From Gemmatimonadaceae bacterium (GTDB lineage Bacteria > Gemmatimonadota > Gemmatimonadetes > Gemmatimonadales > Gemmatimonadaceae), in contig JBJMOW010000005.1 in assembly GCA_045803545.1 (NCBI GenBank), forward strand, positions 64,001-128,000: 64,000 nucleotides of DNA, written 5' to 3'. Of the stretch, positions 1-8,965 are shown piece by piece. Below the pieces are notes generated by a model. It was given only the letters and a program-made list of their open reading frames with translations, was not told the origin of the DNA and did not search any database. The translations under genes were made by a program, and so were the position numbers. The stretch's first letter is position 1, and each line of letters begins with the position of its first letter.

Positions 1-152
1 GCCAGCATTCCGACGCCCAGTAAGTCTGGCGTCGTGAAAAGAAGGGTTGCGTCAGCGCTAGAGAGGCGCGTTTTCGCCTCGACCTTCTCGCCCACTTTGC
101 GCAGGGCAGGATCGGAAATCTTTCCGAGGTCCAGCGCGAGCTCGGGGCTCAT
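1..152 (-). CDS. mqnE: Partial (5' end only) radical SAM protein, probably aminofutalosine synthase MqnE
   Basis: Manual translation from ATG at 152: MSPELALDLGKISDPALRKVGEKVEAKTRLSSADATLLFTTPDLLGVGMLA, which resembles the MqnE/CofH-family N-terminus. Starts 3 nt after the fabF stop and runs off the window edge. Confidence 0.6.
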   Translation of the reverse strand, partial: MSPELALDLGKISDPALRKVGEKVEAKTRLSSADATLLFTTPDLLGVGML

Positions 153-155
153 CGC

Positions 156-1403
156 TTAGTTCTTGAAGCGGCGAATGGCGAGGGTGGTGTTATGCCCACC
201 AAAGCCAAAGCTGTTGCTCAAAACGGCGTCGACGTCGCGCTTGACGGCCTTATTCGGGGTGTAGTTAAGCGAGAGGTCGGGGTCGGGATTCTGGTAGTTG
301 ATCGTCGGAGGAATCGTCGCCTCGTTGACGACCATTGCGGCAACTACCGCTTCGACTGCGCCGGCAGCGCCCAGCATGTGGCCCGTCATTGATTTCGTCG
401 AGCTGACGTTAACGTCCCTGGCTGCATCGCCAAATACCGCCTGAATCGCCCGCGTCTCATTGAGATCGTTGGCGGGGGTCGACGTGCCGTGGGCGTTGAT
501 GTACTGGATGTCCTTCGGCTCCAGGCTCGCGTCCTTGAGAGCGCGCTTCATAGCTCGCTGAGCGCCTTCGCCATCCGGCGCTGGCGCGGTGAGATGATAC
601 GCATCGCCAGTGGCGCCGTAGCCCACGATCTCCGCATAGATCCTGGCGCCACGTTTGAGGGCGTGCTCCAACTCTTCGAGGATGAGAATTCCGGCGCCTT
701 CTCCCATCACGAATCCATCGCGCGTTGCGTCGAAGGGGCGGGACGCAGTCGCCGGCGAATCATTTCGCTCCGACAGAGCTTTCATATTTGCAAATCCACC
801 GATTGCCATCGGCGTTACGGTGGCTTCAGCGCCGCCCGTAATCATGATGTCCGCATCGCCATACTGGATGGTGCGGAACGCATCACCTATTGCATGAGCA
901 CTGGTCGCGCAAGCTGATACAGTCGCGTAATTTGGCCCTTTCGCGTTGAAGCGCATGGACACAATACCGGCGGCGATGTCAGCGATGAACATCGGGATGA
1001 AGAACGGCGAGATTTTGCCGACCCCACGCTCGCGATAGACGTCGTGCTGTTCTTCAAAACTCTTTAAACCGCCAATGCCGCTGCCGATAATCACCCCGAT
1101 GCGATCGGGGTCAATTCCATTGGTGCCGTTGGCAAAGCCGGCGTCTTCCATACCCTGACGAGCGGCTGCGACCGCGTACTGGGTGTAGGCGTCCGCTCGC
1201 TTCGCTTCCTTTCGATCCATGAAATTGAGCGGATCGAAATCCTTCACTTCGGCGGCAAAGCGAACCGGAAAGTTCGAAGCATCGAACTTCGTGATTGGGG
1301 CAGTACCCGACTTCCCTTCGATCAGGGACCGCCAGGTCGTCGCCACATCGTTGCCGACAGGGGTTATCGCTCCCATGCCGGTGACGACGACTCTCCGCTT
1401 CAT
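156..1403 (-). CDS. fabF: 3-oxoacyl-ACP synthase II
   Basis: RRVVVTGMG start, SACATS catalytic Cys, NAHGTST, KSMTGHMLGAAG and SNSFGFGG motifs. Confidence 0.98.
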   Translation of the reverse strand: MKRRVVVTGMGAITPVGNDVATTWRSLIEGKSGTAPITKFDASNFPVRFAAEVKDFDPLNFMDRKEAKRADAYTQYAVAAARQGMEDAGFANGTNGIDPDRIGVIIGSGIGGLKSFEEQHDVYRERGVGKISPFFIPMFIADIAAGIVSMRFNAKGPNYATVSACATSAHAIGDAFRTIQYGDADIMITGGAEATVTPMAIGGFANMKALSERNDSPATASRPFDATRDGFVMGEGAGILILEELEHALKRGARIYAEIVGYGATGDAYHLTAPAPDGEGAQRAMKRALKDASLEPKDIQYINAHGTSTPANDLNETRAIQAVFGDAARDVNVSSTKSMTGHMLGAAGAVEAVVAAMVVNEATIPPTINYQNPDPDLSLNYTPNKAVKRDVDAVLSNSFGFGGHNTTLAIRRFKN

Positions 1404-1642
1404 TACGCTCCGACCTTCTGGTTGAGATAACCGAGCGCATCGCCGACCGTGCGAAGCTTCTCTGCGTCCTCATCGGGGATGTCGATGTTGAATTCTTTCT
1501 CGAACTCCATCACGAGCTCGACGATATCCAGGCTGTCAGCACCGAGATCTTCGATGAAGCTCGCCTCGTTCGTAAGCTTTTCCCGCTCCACACCGAGCTC
1601 TTTCTCGATGATGTCTTTGACCTTGTCTGAATTGTCGGCCAT
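1403..1642 (-). CDS. acpP: Acyl carrier protein
   Basis: 79 aa acidic protein with [12 protein letters not shown] phosphopantetheine site; GAGG SD upstream. Confidence 0.98.
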   Translation of the reverse strand: MADNSDKVKDIIEKELGVEREKLTNEASFIEDLGADSLDIVELVMEFEKEFNIDIPDEDAEKLRTVGDALGYLNQKVGA

Positions 1643-1678
1643 TTGATGGATTTCCTCGCGTTTAAGGGAATTCTCTGA

Positions 1679-1706
1679 AATATACCTAAGCTACTGTACT
1701 GTACAA
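1679..1706 (-). promoter_or_regulatory. Putative sigma70 promoter for acpP-fabF
   Basis: Minus strand TTGTAC-N16-TATATT in an AT-rich stretch upstream of acpP. Confidence 0.45.
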
Positions 1707-1714
1707 AGTTACAA

Positions 1715-1886
1715 TGAGGACTGAGGCCCGAGGACTAACGGCATCGATCACCGAGGATTAAGTGAGGATTGCCGACAATCGCGGACTTAAAGTGCCGGAT
1801 CCTCAATTGTCCTCGATCATCGCTTAGTCAGCGATCGTAGATGCACTTAGTCCTTGGCCCTCCGTCCTCCCCCTTCGCTCAGTCCT
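1715..1886. repeat. Long imperfect inverted repeat made of GAGGACT-like heptamers
   Basis: TGAGGACTGAGGCCCGAGGACTAA (1715-1738) pairs with TTAGTCCTTGGCCCTCCGTCCTC (~1847-1869). Inner CGAGGATTAAGTGAGGAT pairs with ATCCTCAATTGTCCTCG. Confidence 0.75.
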
Positions 1887-2622
1887 ACATAACAAGCCCA
1901 CCGTCGACAATGAAAACCTGCCCCGTGATGTACGACGCCAAATCCGAGGCAAGAAATGCCACCATTGCCGCAACATCGTTGACAGTACCGAGTCTTTCGA
2001 GTGCAATCTGTTTGCCGAGCGCCTCGCGGGCCTCGGGCGTCATTGCGGCGGTCATTTCGGTCTCGATGAATCCGGGCGCGACGGCGTTCACAAGGATGTT
2101 TCGTGAGCCGAGCTCCTTTGCCACGGTCTTGGTGAGGGCGATAAGGCCGGCCTTGCTGGCGGCGTAGTTCGCCTGCCCTTTGTTGCCGATCAAGCCGACG
2201 ATGCTGGCGACGTTGACGATCCGGCCGTTGCGTTTCTTCATCATTCCACGCGAGACAGCACGAATCGTCGCAAATGCGCCGCGCAGATTTGCGTTTTGAA
2301 CTATGTCCCAGTCCTCGTCCTTCAAGCGCATGACGAGGTTGTCGCGGGTGATCCCTGCGTTGTTCACCAGGATGTCGATTCCACCGAAAGCCTTCTCGAC
2401 TTCGTCGACAAGTCTGGCGACGGCCGCGGTATCGGTGACATCCGCCGCAAATCCTTTGGCGCCATTTCCGATTGCGGCAGCTGCCTCCTCAGCACGTTGC
2501 TGATCGCGTCCGACAACGGCTACGCGCGCGCCGGATTTCGCGAAACCTTCCGCGATCGCGCGGCCAATGCCGCGAGTGCTGCCCGTGACCAGCGCGTTCT
2601 TGCCACTCAGATCGATGTTCAT
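1885..2622 (-). CDS. fabG: 3-oxoacyl-ACP reductase
   Basis: SDR motifs TGSTRGIG, NNAGITRD, YAASK. Start moved to ATG 2622 (MNIDLSGK), which overlaps the fabD TGA. Confidence 0.97.
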   Translation of the reverse strand: MNIDLSGKNALVTGSTRGIGRAIAEGFAKSGARVAVVGRDQQRAEEAAAAIGNGAKGFAADVTDTAAVARLVDEVEKAFGGIDILVNNAGITRDNLVMRLKDEDWDIVQNANLRGAFATIRAVSRGMMKKRNGRIVNVASIVGLIGNKGQANYAASKAGLIALTKTVAKELGSRNILVNAVAPGFIETEMTAAMTPEAREALGKQIALERLGTVNDVAAMVAFLASDLASYITGQVFIVDGGLVM

Positions 2623-3560
2623 CAGGCGACCATTTGCAGGAGTTTCTCGACCTCGGCGACGGTGCCACAAGCGAACGTCTTCGCACCTTTCACCAGTCTT
2701 CCCATCAGCCCGGTGAGCACGCTACCCGGGCCCATCTCTACGTAGAGCGCATCAGGAAAATGGGTGGCGATGTTCCGTATTTCCGTTGACCATCGAACCG
2801 GGGATGTGAGCTGTCGAAGCAAAAGGTCCTTGGCACCAGTGACCGTCGTGTTCGCGTCGGCAGTTACGTTCGAGAACACCGGGAACACCGGCTCCATGAA
2901 CGCGGAGGTCGCTATGGCGTCGGTGAGCCCGACTACCGCAGGCTCCATTAGCGGCGAGTGAAAAGCACCGCTCACCGGTAACCTGATAGCGCGCTTCGCA
3001 CCTGATTCCTTAGCGATTTCCATCGCCCGCTCGACGCCGGCGATTTCGCCCGAGATGACGATTTGCTCATCGGTGTTGAAATTGGCGGGAACGACAAGTC
3101 CTGCTTCCCTCGACGCGCGATCGCAGATCTCTTCCACCGGGACGCTGGTGGTGCCGAGGATCGCCGCCATCGTACCAGGTCGCGCGGTACCGGTCTCGTA
3201 CATCAATTCTCCCCGCCGCCGGACTAGCTTCGCCGCGCCAGGGAGGCTAACGGAATCTGCAGCGTGATACGCGGTGAACTCGCCAAGCGAATGCCCCGCC
3301 GCAGCCCGCACGTGCGGAAAAACAGTGTCATGGACCAGAGCCCATATGGCCGCTCCATGCGCGAACAGAGCCGGCTGCGCGTTACGCGTCGCGGTTAGCT
3401 CGTCGGCCGGACCTTCAAAGCAAAGCTTGCTGAGATTTGCGCCGAGCGCTGCATCAACTTCGCCGAAGACGGCTTTCGCGATCGGAAAGGTTTCAGCGAG
3501 ATCCTTGCCCATTCCCGGCTTCTGGGAGCCCTGACCGGGAAAGAGTAGAACGATGTCCAC
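2622..3560 (-). CDS. fabD: Malonyl-CoA:ACP transacylase
   Basis: FPGQGSQ, GHSLGE and VSGAFHS motifs; GTG start. Confidence 0.98.
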   Translation of the reverse strand: MDIVLLFPGQGSQKPGMGKDLAETFPIAKAVFGEVDAALGANLSKLCFEGPADELTATRNAQPALFAHGAAIWALVHDTVFPHVRAAAGHSLGEFTAYHAADSVSLPGAAKLVRRRGELMYETGTARPGTMAAILGTTSVPVEEICDRASREAGLVVPANFNTDEQIVISGEIAGVERAMEIAKESGAKRAIRLPVSGAFHSPLMEPAVVGLTDAIATSAFMEPVFPVFSNVTADANTTVTGAKDLLLRQLTSPVRWSTEIRNIATHFPDALYVEMGPGSVLTGLMGRLVKGAKTFACGTVAEVEKLLQMVA

Positions 3561-3563
3561 CGC

Positions 3564-4556
3564 TTAGAAGCGGATGACCATCGACGCCCAGGTGAATCCG
3601 GCGCCGAATGCGACCATCATCACAGTTGTTCCATCCTTGATTCGTCCCGACTCGATGGCCTCATCGAGTGCAATTGGAATCGACGCTGACGATGTGTTGC
3701 CATACTTATCGACGTTCACGTAGACCTTATCCATCGAGATGCCGGCGTGTTTGGCAGTCGCTTCGATGATGCGGACATTGGCCTGGTGCGGGATCAACAA
3801 GTCGATGTCGGAACCAGTGAGCTTCGCTCCATCTAGAGCGCGATCAGCGGCATCCGCCATCGAGCGGACCGCGTGCTTGAAGACTTCCCGACCCGCCATC
3901 TTCACTAAATGCGAACGCTTCTCCAGGACCTCTGCTGACATCGGCACAGTTGCTCCGCCTTCTGGCCGGTACAGCAAATCGGCGAGCTTGCCATCGCTCC
4001 GCATATATGAGGAAAGGATTCCCTTCCCCTGGTGACGGGTGCGCTTGAGTACGGCGGCGCCGGCACCATCGCCGAATAACACGCAGGTAGAGCGATCCTT
4101 CCAGTCGACGATCGCACTCATCTTCTCGGAGCCGATAACAAGAACCGTCTCTGCGGTGCCGGCCATGATCAGGCCTTCAGCGGTGCTCATTGCGTAGAGC
4201 CAGCCCGCGCATGCGGCGCCGATATCGAACGCCGCCGCACGCGTTGCACCGAGCTCGGCCTGGATGTCGACGGCCGTCGAAGGGAGCAGTCTATCAGGTG
4301 TCGCGGTGCTCAACACTATGACGTCGATCTCGCCGGCATGAACTCCTGCCTTATGCATCGCGACCTTTGACGCATCGGCGGCCATCGAGCACGTCGTCTC
4401 GCCGTTGCGAGCGAGTCTTCGCTCAACGATGCCGCTACGCTCGAAGATCCATTCGTGCGACGTCTCAATGCCAATCGACGAGAAGTCGTGATTGGTCATC
4501 ACGTGCTGCGGCAGACCGCGACCTGTTCCCACGACCGCTGCTATAGGTCTCTTCAT
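3564..4556 (-). CDS. fabH: 3-oxoacyl-ACP synthase III
   Basis: AACAG, LFGDGAGA, PHQAN and GNTSSAS catalytic motifs. Confidence 0.98.
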   Translation of the reverse strand: MKRPIAAVVGTGRGLPQHVMTNHDFSSIGIETSHEWIFERSGIVERRLARNGETTCSMAADASKVAMHKAGVHAGEIDVIVLSTATPDRLLPSTAVDIQAELGATRAAAFDIGAACAGWLYAMSTAEGLIMAGTAETVLVIGSEKMSAIVDWKDRSTCVLFGDGAGAAVLKRTRHQGKGILSSYMRSDGKLADLLYRPEGGATVPMSAEVLEKRSHLVKMAGREVFKHAVRSMADAADRALDGAKLTGSDIDLLIPHQANVRIIEATAKHAGISMDKVYVNVDKYGNTSSASIPIALDEAIESGRIKDGTTVMMVAFGAGFTWASMVIRF

Positions 4557-5593
4557 GCAGATTCCGCGACCGCATTGATCAGCGGCTCGGCGGCCTCGAG
4601 TTTCCGTCCGATTTGGTCATTCATATGAGTCTCGACAGCACGAACGGCGCCCTTGATTGCATTCTTGATTGCACGTGGCGGTGAATTGCCGTGACAGATG
4701 ATGCTGACGCCGCGACAGCCGAGCAGCGGGGCGCCCCCGTACGCAGTCGAGTCGAATCCTTTGAGCGCCTCCTTGATGTGCTCCGCATCGAGGTCGGGAT
4801 GTTCACTCAGGACGCGCACCATCAACGGCGCCACGGCTTCATAGAACTTGAGCACGACGTTGCCGACGAAACCGTCGCACACCACGACGTCGAAAGTGCC
4901 GCGATCACTCGCGCCGGCCGGCAGATCGCGACCCTCGAGATTCCCATGAAAATTGAATCCGGCCTTCTGGAAGAGTGCATTTGCTTCCTTGACCACCGCG
5001 TTGCCCTTCTCAGGCTCCTCACCGATCGAGAGCAGACCGATCGACGGATTGTCCCGCCCGAGCACACACTCCGCGTAAACCGCGCCGAGCCAGGCGAACT
5101 GGAGCAGCTCCTTGCTGGAGCAATCGACGTTGGCGCCGGAATCGATCACGATCACCGGATTGCGTGCCGTTGGAAAAACCGTTGCAATACCCGGGCGCGT
5201 CAGTCCGGGCTGCAGCTTGAGCAGCATCGCGGACGAGGCCATTTGGGCGCCGGTGTTGCCGGCTGACACAAACGCGTCGGACTTGCCATCGACCTGGAGA
5301 CGAAGGCCGACAATCATGGAGCTGTTTGGCTTCTTGCGGAGGCCGGCCGTTGGCTTCTCGTTCATCTCGATGACGTCGGGTGCTTCGACGATCTCGATGT
5401 GCGGCCGCGACGATGCCGCGGCGGCCAATTCTTCGGAAAGGATTCTGTCGAGCTGCGCTTCGATTACCGAGGTTCGGCCAACAAGCTGGACTACGTGCGC
5501 GCCGTCCAGCTCCTGGAGGGCCAATAATGCGCCGGCGATTGTTGCCTTGGGAGCGAAGTCTCCGCCCATCGCATCCAATGCAATCCGCGCCAA
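4553..5593 (-). CDS. plsX: Phosphate acyltransferase PlsX
   Basis: IALDAMGGD, SAGNTGA, DSGANVD and CDGFVGN motifs; lies between rpmF and fabH; TTG start. Confidence 0.97.
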   Translation of the reverse strand: MARIALDAMGGDFAPKATIAGALLALQELDGAHVVQLVGRTSVIEAQLDRILSEELAAAASSRPHIEIVEAPDVIEMNEKPTAGLRKKPNSSMIVGLRLQVDGKSDAFVSAGNTGAQMASSAMLLKLQPGLTRPGIATVFPTARNPVIVIDSGANVDCSSKELLQFAWLGAVYAECVLGRDNPSIGLLSIGEEPEKGNAVVKEANALFQKAGFNFHGNLEGRDLPAGASDRGTFDVVVCDGFVGNVVLKFYEAVAPLMVRVLSEHPDLDAEHIKEALKGFDSTAYGGAPLLGCRGVSIICHGNSPPRAIKNAIKGAVRAVETHMNDQIGRKLEAAEPLINAVAESA

Positions 5594-5594
5594 C

Positions 5595-5777
5595 CTATGC
5601 TTCCTTTGGCTCTACTCGCTGCTCGCCTGCATAGTACCCGCACTCCTCGCAGACATGATGCGGACGCTTCATTGCCTGGCAGCGGGGACACTTCTGGATG
5701 ACGATAGCGGGCGCGATTTTGTGGGTGTTGCGGGCGCGCTTCTTCCGCTTGGAGGTGCGTCGTTTTGGTACGGCCAT
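5595..5777 (-). CDS. rpmF: 50S ribosomal protein L32 (zinc-binding type)
   Basis: MAVPKRRTSK start and CxxC...CxxC zinc ribbon. Confidence 0.98.
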   Translation of the reverse strand: MAVPKRRTSKRKKRARNTHKIAPAIVIQKCPRCQAMKRPHHVCEECGYYAGEQRVEPKEA

Positions 5778-5806
5778 CTTTCCGGTTCCTTAGGTTATTT
5801 GACGAG

Positions 5807-6319
5807 CTAGTGCGTTTCGCTCTGCTGTTTGCGCAACGCATCCCAGCGCGGATCAGACTTTGATGTCGTGCAGTTACACGTACTCTCGTTCAGATTGGTG
5901 CCGCAGGTCGGACACAGACCTTTGCAATCCTCACTGCATTGGACGTACATCGGAGCTGCGAGCAACCACGTCTCCCTAATCGCCGGACGCAGATCGATCA
6001 TACGCGCGTTCGGGTCATAGAGAAACACTTCGGGGTCGTCCGCTTCTTCGGCGCCGATACCAGCGAGGAGGAAATGCGCTTCCTCGTCGACGTCGACTTC
6101 TACTTCCTCGAGACAGAGACGACAAGGCAGTACGACACTGCTTTCCAACCGTCCGCTGAAATAGAACCTTCCCTCGCTCGCCGAGGAGAGTCGACCCTTG
6201 ACGTGGATCGGCTTGGCTGGACGGGTATCCCCCTTTTCCCAGACAGGGTCGTCCGGCCCGACTGAGCCGTCGACCTGCGCGGCTTTCGTCTCCAGCGAGC
6301 GTATGTCAAACGACAGCAT
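5807..6319 (-). CDS. yceD: DUF177/YceD family protein
   Basis: CRLCL, CSEDCKGLCPTCG and DPRW motifs; conserved position upstream of rpmF. Confidence 0.93.
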   Translation of the reverse strand: MLSFDIRSLETKAAQVDGSVGPDDPVWEKGDTRPAKPIHVKGRLSSASEGRFYFSGRLESSVVLPCRLCLEEVEVDVDEEAHFLLAGIGAEEADDPEVFLYDPNARMIDLRPAIRETWLLAAPMYVQCSEDCKGLCPTCGTNLNESTCNCTTSKSDPRWDALRKQQSETH

Positions 6320-6328
6320 AAGCCCTTA

Positions 6329-6357
6329 AAAATAGCGGGCTTAGGGGAGTGATTCCA
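6329..6357 (-). promoter_or_regulatory. Putative sigma70 promoter for the yceD-rpmF-plsX-fab operon, very short leader
   Basis: TGGAAT-N17-TATTTT; the -10 ends about 10 nt before the ATG at 6319. Confidence 0.45.
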
Positions 6358-6376
6358 GTGTCCTGCCGGAAAGAAA

Positions 6377-6478
6377 GTGCGCTGGCAGCTGGGGGCTTTC
6401 AGCCGGCGGCTGGCGGCGATTGACAAAGGTTGCCCAGGCGCCGAGCAGCCGGCTGACAGCCGCGAGCAGCCAGCGCAC
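6377..6478. repeat. Imperfect inverted repeat with 7-nt periodicity (GCTGGCA-like units)
   Basis: GTGCGCTGGCAGCTGGGGGCTTTCAGCCGGC on the left is nearly the reverse complement of GCCGGCTGACAGCCGCGAGCAGCCAGCGCAC on the right. Confidence 0.8.
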
Positions 6479-6488
6479 CTGGTTGTTG

Positions 6489-6908
6489 TTAAACCAAGTC
6501 CACTTCCGGAAAGAAGAATTTCGCTTCTCTCTCCGCATTCTCATCCGAATCCGATGCGTGAATCGCGTTCCGCTCCTTCGACTCGGCGTACAGCTTCCGA
6601 ACGGTTCCTGCGTCCGCCTCGGCCGGATCGGTAGCGCCGATCACTTTGCGGAGAGTCGCGACGGCGTCGGCGCGCTCGAGTACCATCGGCATCGACTTGC
6701 CGGAGGTCATAAAACGGACGAGCGGAGCGAAAAAAGGACGCTCGCGATGGACGGCATAGAACGCCTGAGCCTGTGCTTCTGACAGGCGCATCACCCGAGC
6801 TGCGATGACCTTGAAGCCGGCCTTTTCCAGATGTGCGACGACGAGCCCAGCTTTTCCGGAGTTGAAAGCGTCGGGCTTGATGATGGTGAGAGTTCGGTTG
6901 CCTGCCAT
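6489..6908 (-). CDS. ndk: Nucleoside diphosphate kinase
   Basis: RTLTIIKPDA, FYAVH and NAIHASDS (phospho-His) motifs. Confidence 0.98.
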   Translation of the reverse strand: MAGNRTLTIIKPDAFNSGKAGLVVAHLEKAGFKVIAARVMRLSEAQAQAFYAVHRERPFFAPLVRFMTSGKSMPMVLERADAVATLRKVIGATDPAEADAGTVRKLYAESKERNAIHASDSDENAEREAKFFFPEVDLV

Positions 6909-6915
6909 TTATTTC

Positions 6916-7788
6916 CTAGCGCATCGCGCGTTTGAGTAAGTCGACAACGTCCCGCGGCCGCTTGGCAACGCCGACGCCATTTTCTTCGAAGGCCTGCATT
7001 TTTTCAGCGGCAGTGCCCGCCGAACCGGAGATGATCGCACCCGCGTGACCCATCCGCCGGCCAGGCGGCGCGGTTTGTCCGGCAATGAAGCCAACGACCG
7101 GTTTATTCATCTTTTCCTTGACGAAGCGGGCCGCTTCCTGCTCGTCGGTGCCGCCGATCTCGCCGATCATGACCACTGCCTCGGTGTCGGGGTCGCTTTG
7201 AAAAGCGGCAAGGCAGTCGATGAAGTTGGTGCCGTTAATCGGGTCGCCGCCGATGCCAACGCAGGTGGTCTGACCAACGTTCGCTCTGGTCATCTGATAC
7301 ACGACTTCGTATGTCAGCGTGCCGGAGCGACTGACGAGTCCGACATTGCCTGCTTTGCAGATCCGGCCGGGAATGATGCCGACGTTGGATTTGCCCGGCG
7401 AAATCAGCCCCGGACAATTCGGACCGAGCAGTCGCAGCTTTCGCTCTTTGACGAACGGATAGACGCGCGTCATGTCCAGCACCGGAACACCCTCAGTGAT
7501 TGCGACGATGAATGAGATGCCGGCATCGGCTGCCTCCATCATTGCGTCGGCTGCGAACACCGGAGGCACGTAAATCACTGACGTATTGGCGCCGGTTTCC
7601 TTTACCGCCTGCGCGACGGTGTTGAAGATTGGAACTGTACTCTCGAACTTCTGGCCACCCTTACCCGGTGTGACGCCAGCAACGACCTGGGTGCCATACG
7701 CCTTCATCTGCCTGGCGTGGAACGAGCCGTCGCGACCCGTGATTCCCTGGACGACGAGGCGGGTGTGTTTGTCGATGAAGACGCTCAC
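6916..7788 (-). CDS. sucD: Succinyl-CoA synthetase alpha subunit
   Basis: [20 protein letters not shown] and RMGHAGA motifs. Confidence 0.98.
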   Translation of the reverse strand: MSVFIDKHTRLVVQGITGRDGSFHARQMKAYGTQVVAGVTPGKGGQKFESTVPIFNTVAQAVKETGANTSVIYVPPVFAADAMMEAADAGISFIVAITEGVPVLDMTRVYPFVKERKLRLLGPNCPGLISPGKSNVGIIPGRICKAGNVGLVSRSGTLTYEVVYQMTRANVGQTTCVGIGGDPINGTNFIDCLAAFQSDPDTEAVVMIGEIGGTDEQEAARFVKEKMNKPVVGFIAGQTAPPGRRMGHAGAIISGSAGTAAEKMQAFEENGVGVAKRPRDVVDLLKRAMR

Positions 7789-8930
7789 GCGGCTTTTCCT
7801 CCCGTGGCCAGCGCGACGGCCTTTTGCACCGCCTCGTCCATGTCGGTCATCGCCGACATTCCGTGCTCATCGAGGATCTTCAAGGCGATCTCTTCATTTG
7901 TGCCGGTCAGCCGAATTACCAGCGGCACCTTCAACGGATTCTGCTGCGTCGCGGTCACGATCCCGTTGGCAACATCGTCGGTGCGGGTGATTCCGCCGAA
8001 GATGTTGAACAGAATTGCTTTCACATTGGGATCGCCGGTGATGATCTTGAGCGCGGCGACGACTTTCTCAGGGTTCGATGATCCACCGATATCGAGGAAG
8101 TTGGCAGGGTCGCCGCCGTAGTATTTGACGAGATCCATCGTCGCCATCGCCAGACCGGCTCCGTTGACGATGCAGCCGACATTGCCATCGAGCTTGATGA
8201 AGGTGAGGCTCGCCTCGCGCGCTTCGACTTCGCTCGGAGCTTCCGCGGATTCATCGCGTAGCGCAGCGATGTCTGGCCGGCGGTCCAGCTCGTTGTCATC
8301 GATCACCATCTTCGCGTCGAGCGCCAGCACCTCACCGTTTGGCGTAGTAACCAGCGGATTGATCTCGGCGAGTGATCCACCATTCTCGATGAAAGCCTTG
8401 TACAGCTGGGTGAGAATGCGGGCGGTAGCTCGAACCTGTTTGAAATCAGAATAAAGGAAGAAGGCGAGCTGCATGGCTTCATACGTCTGCAAGCCATAAC
8501 GCGGATCGATCGGATGTCTGAGCAGCTTCTCCGGCGTCTTGGCAGCAACTTCTTCGATGTCGATACCGCCCGCAGGACTGACGATGAATACTGGCCGCTT
8601 GGTCGCGCGGTCGACAATGATTCCGGCGTAGGCCTCCGTCGCAATGTCTGCCGCGGGAGTGATCAGAACTTTCTGGACCGGCAACCCTTTGATCTTCAGT
8701 TGCAGGATTTGACGCGCGAGACTCCTCGCTTCTTCCGGGGTTCGCGCGAGCTTCACGCCACCGGCTTTGCCGCGTCCGCCAGCGTGTACCTGCGCCTTTA
8801 CTACCACTGTCCCGCCAAATGTCCGGGCGATCAGTTCGGCTTCCTCTGGCGTCGCGGCAACCTCGCCCGGTGGAATGGGAATGCCGTATTTGCGGAAGAT
8901 TTCCTTTGCCTGGTACTCGTGAATGTTCAC
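7785..8930 (-). CDS. sucC: Succinyl-CoA synthetase beta subunit
   Basis: [23 protein letters not shown] and [11 protein letters not shown] motifs. Confidence 0.98.
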   Translation of the reverse strand: MNIHEYQAKEIFRKYGIPIPPGEVAATPEEAELIARTFGGTVVVKAQVHAGGRGKAGGVKLARTPEEARSLARQILQLKIKGLPVQKVLITPAADIATEAYAGIIVDRATKRPVFIVSPAGGIDIEEVAAKTPEKLLRHPIDPRYGLQTYEAMQLAFFLYSDFKQVRATARILTQLYKAFIENGGSLAEINPLVTTPNGEVLALDAKMVIDDNELDRRPDIAALRDESAEAPSEVEAREASLTFIKLDGNVGCIVNGAGLAMATMDLVKYYGGDPANFLDIGGSSNPEKVVAALKIITGDPNVKAILFNIFGGITRTDDVANGIVTATQQNPLKVPLVIRLTGTNEEIALKILDEHGMSAMTDMDEAVQKAVALATGGKAA

Positions 8931-8965
8931 CCGTTCTCCAATTTCTCGTGATTCATCAGGCGGAA

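Noticed and set aside
1715..1886. Possible CRISPR array or ncRNA gene in the repeat-rich spacers
   Set aside because: No identical 25-45 nt direct repeats with unique spacers and no cas genes; the repeats are short degenerate heptamers in inverted arrangement.
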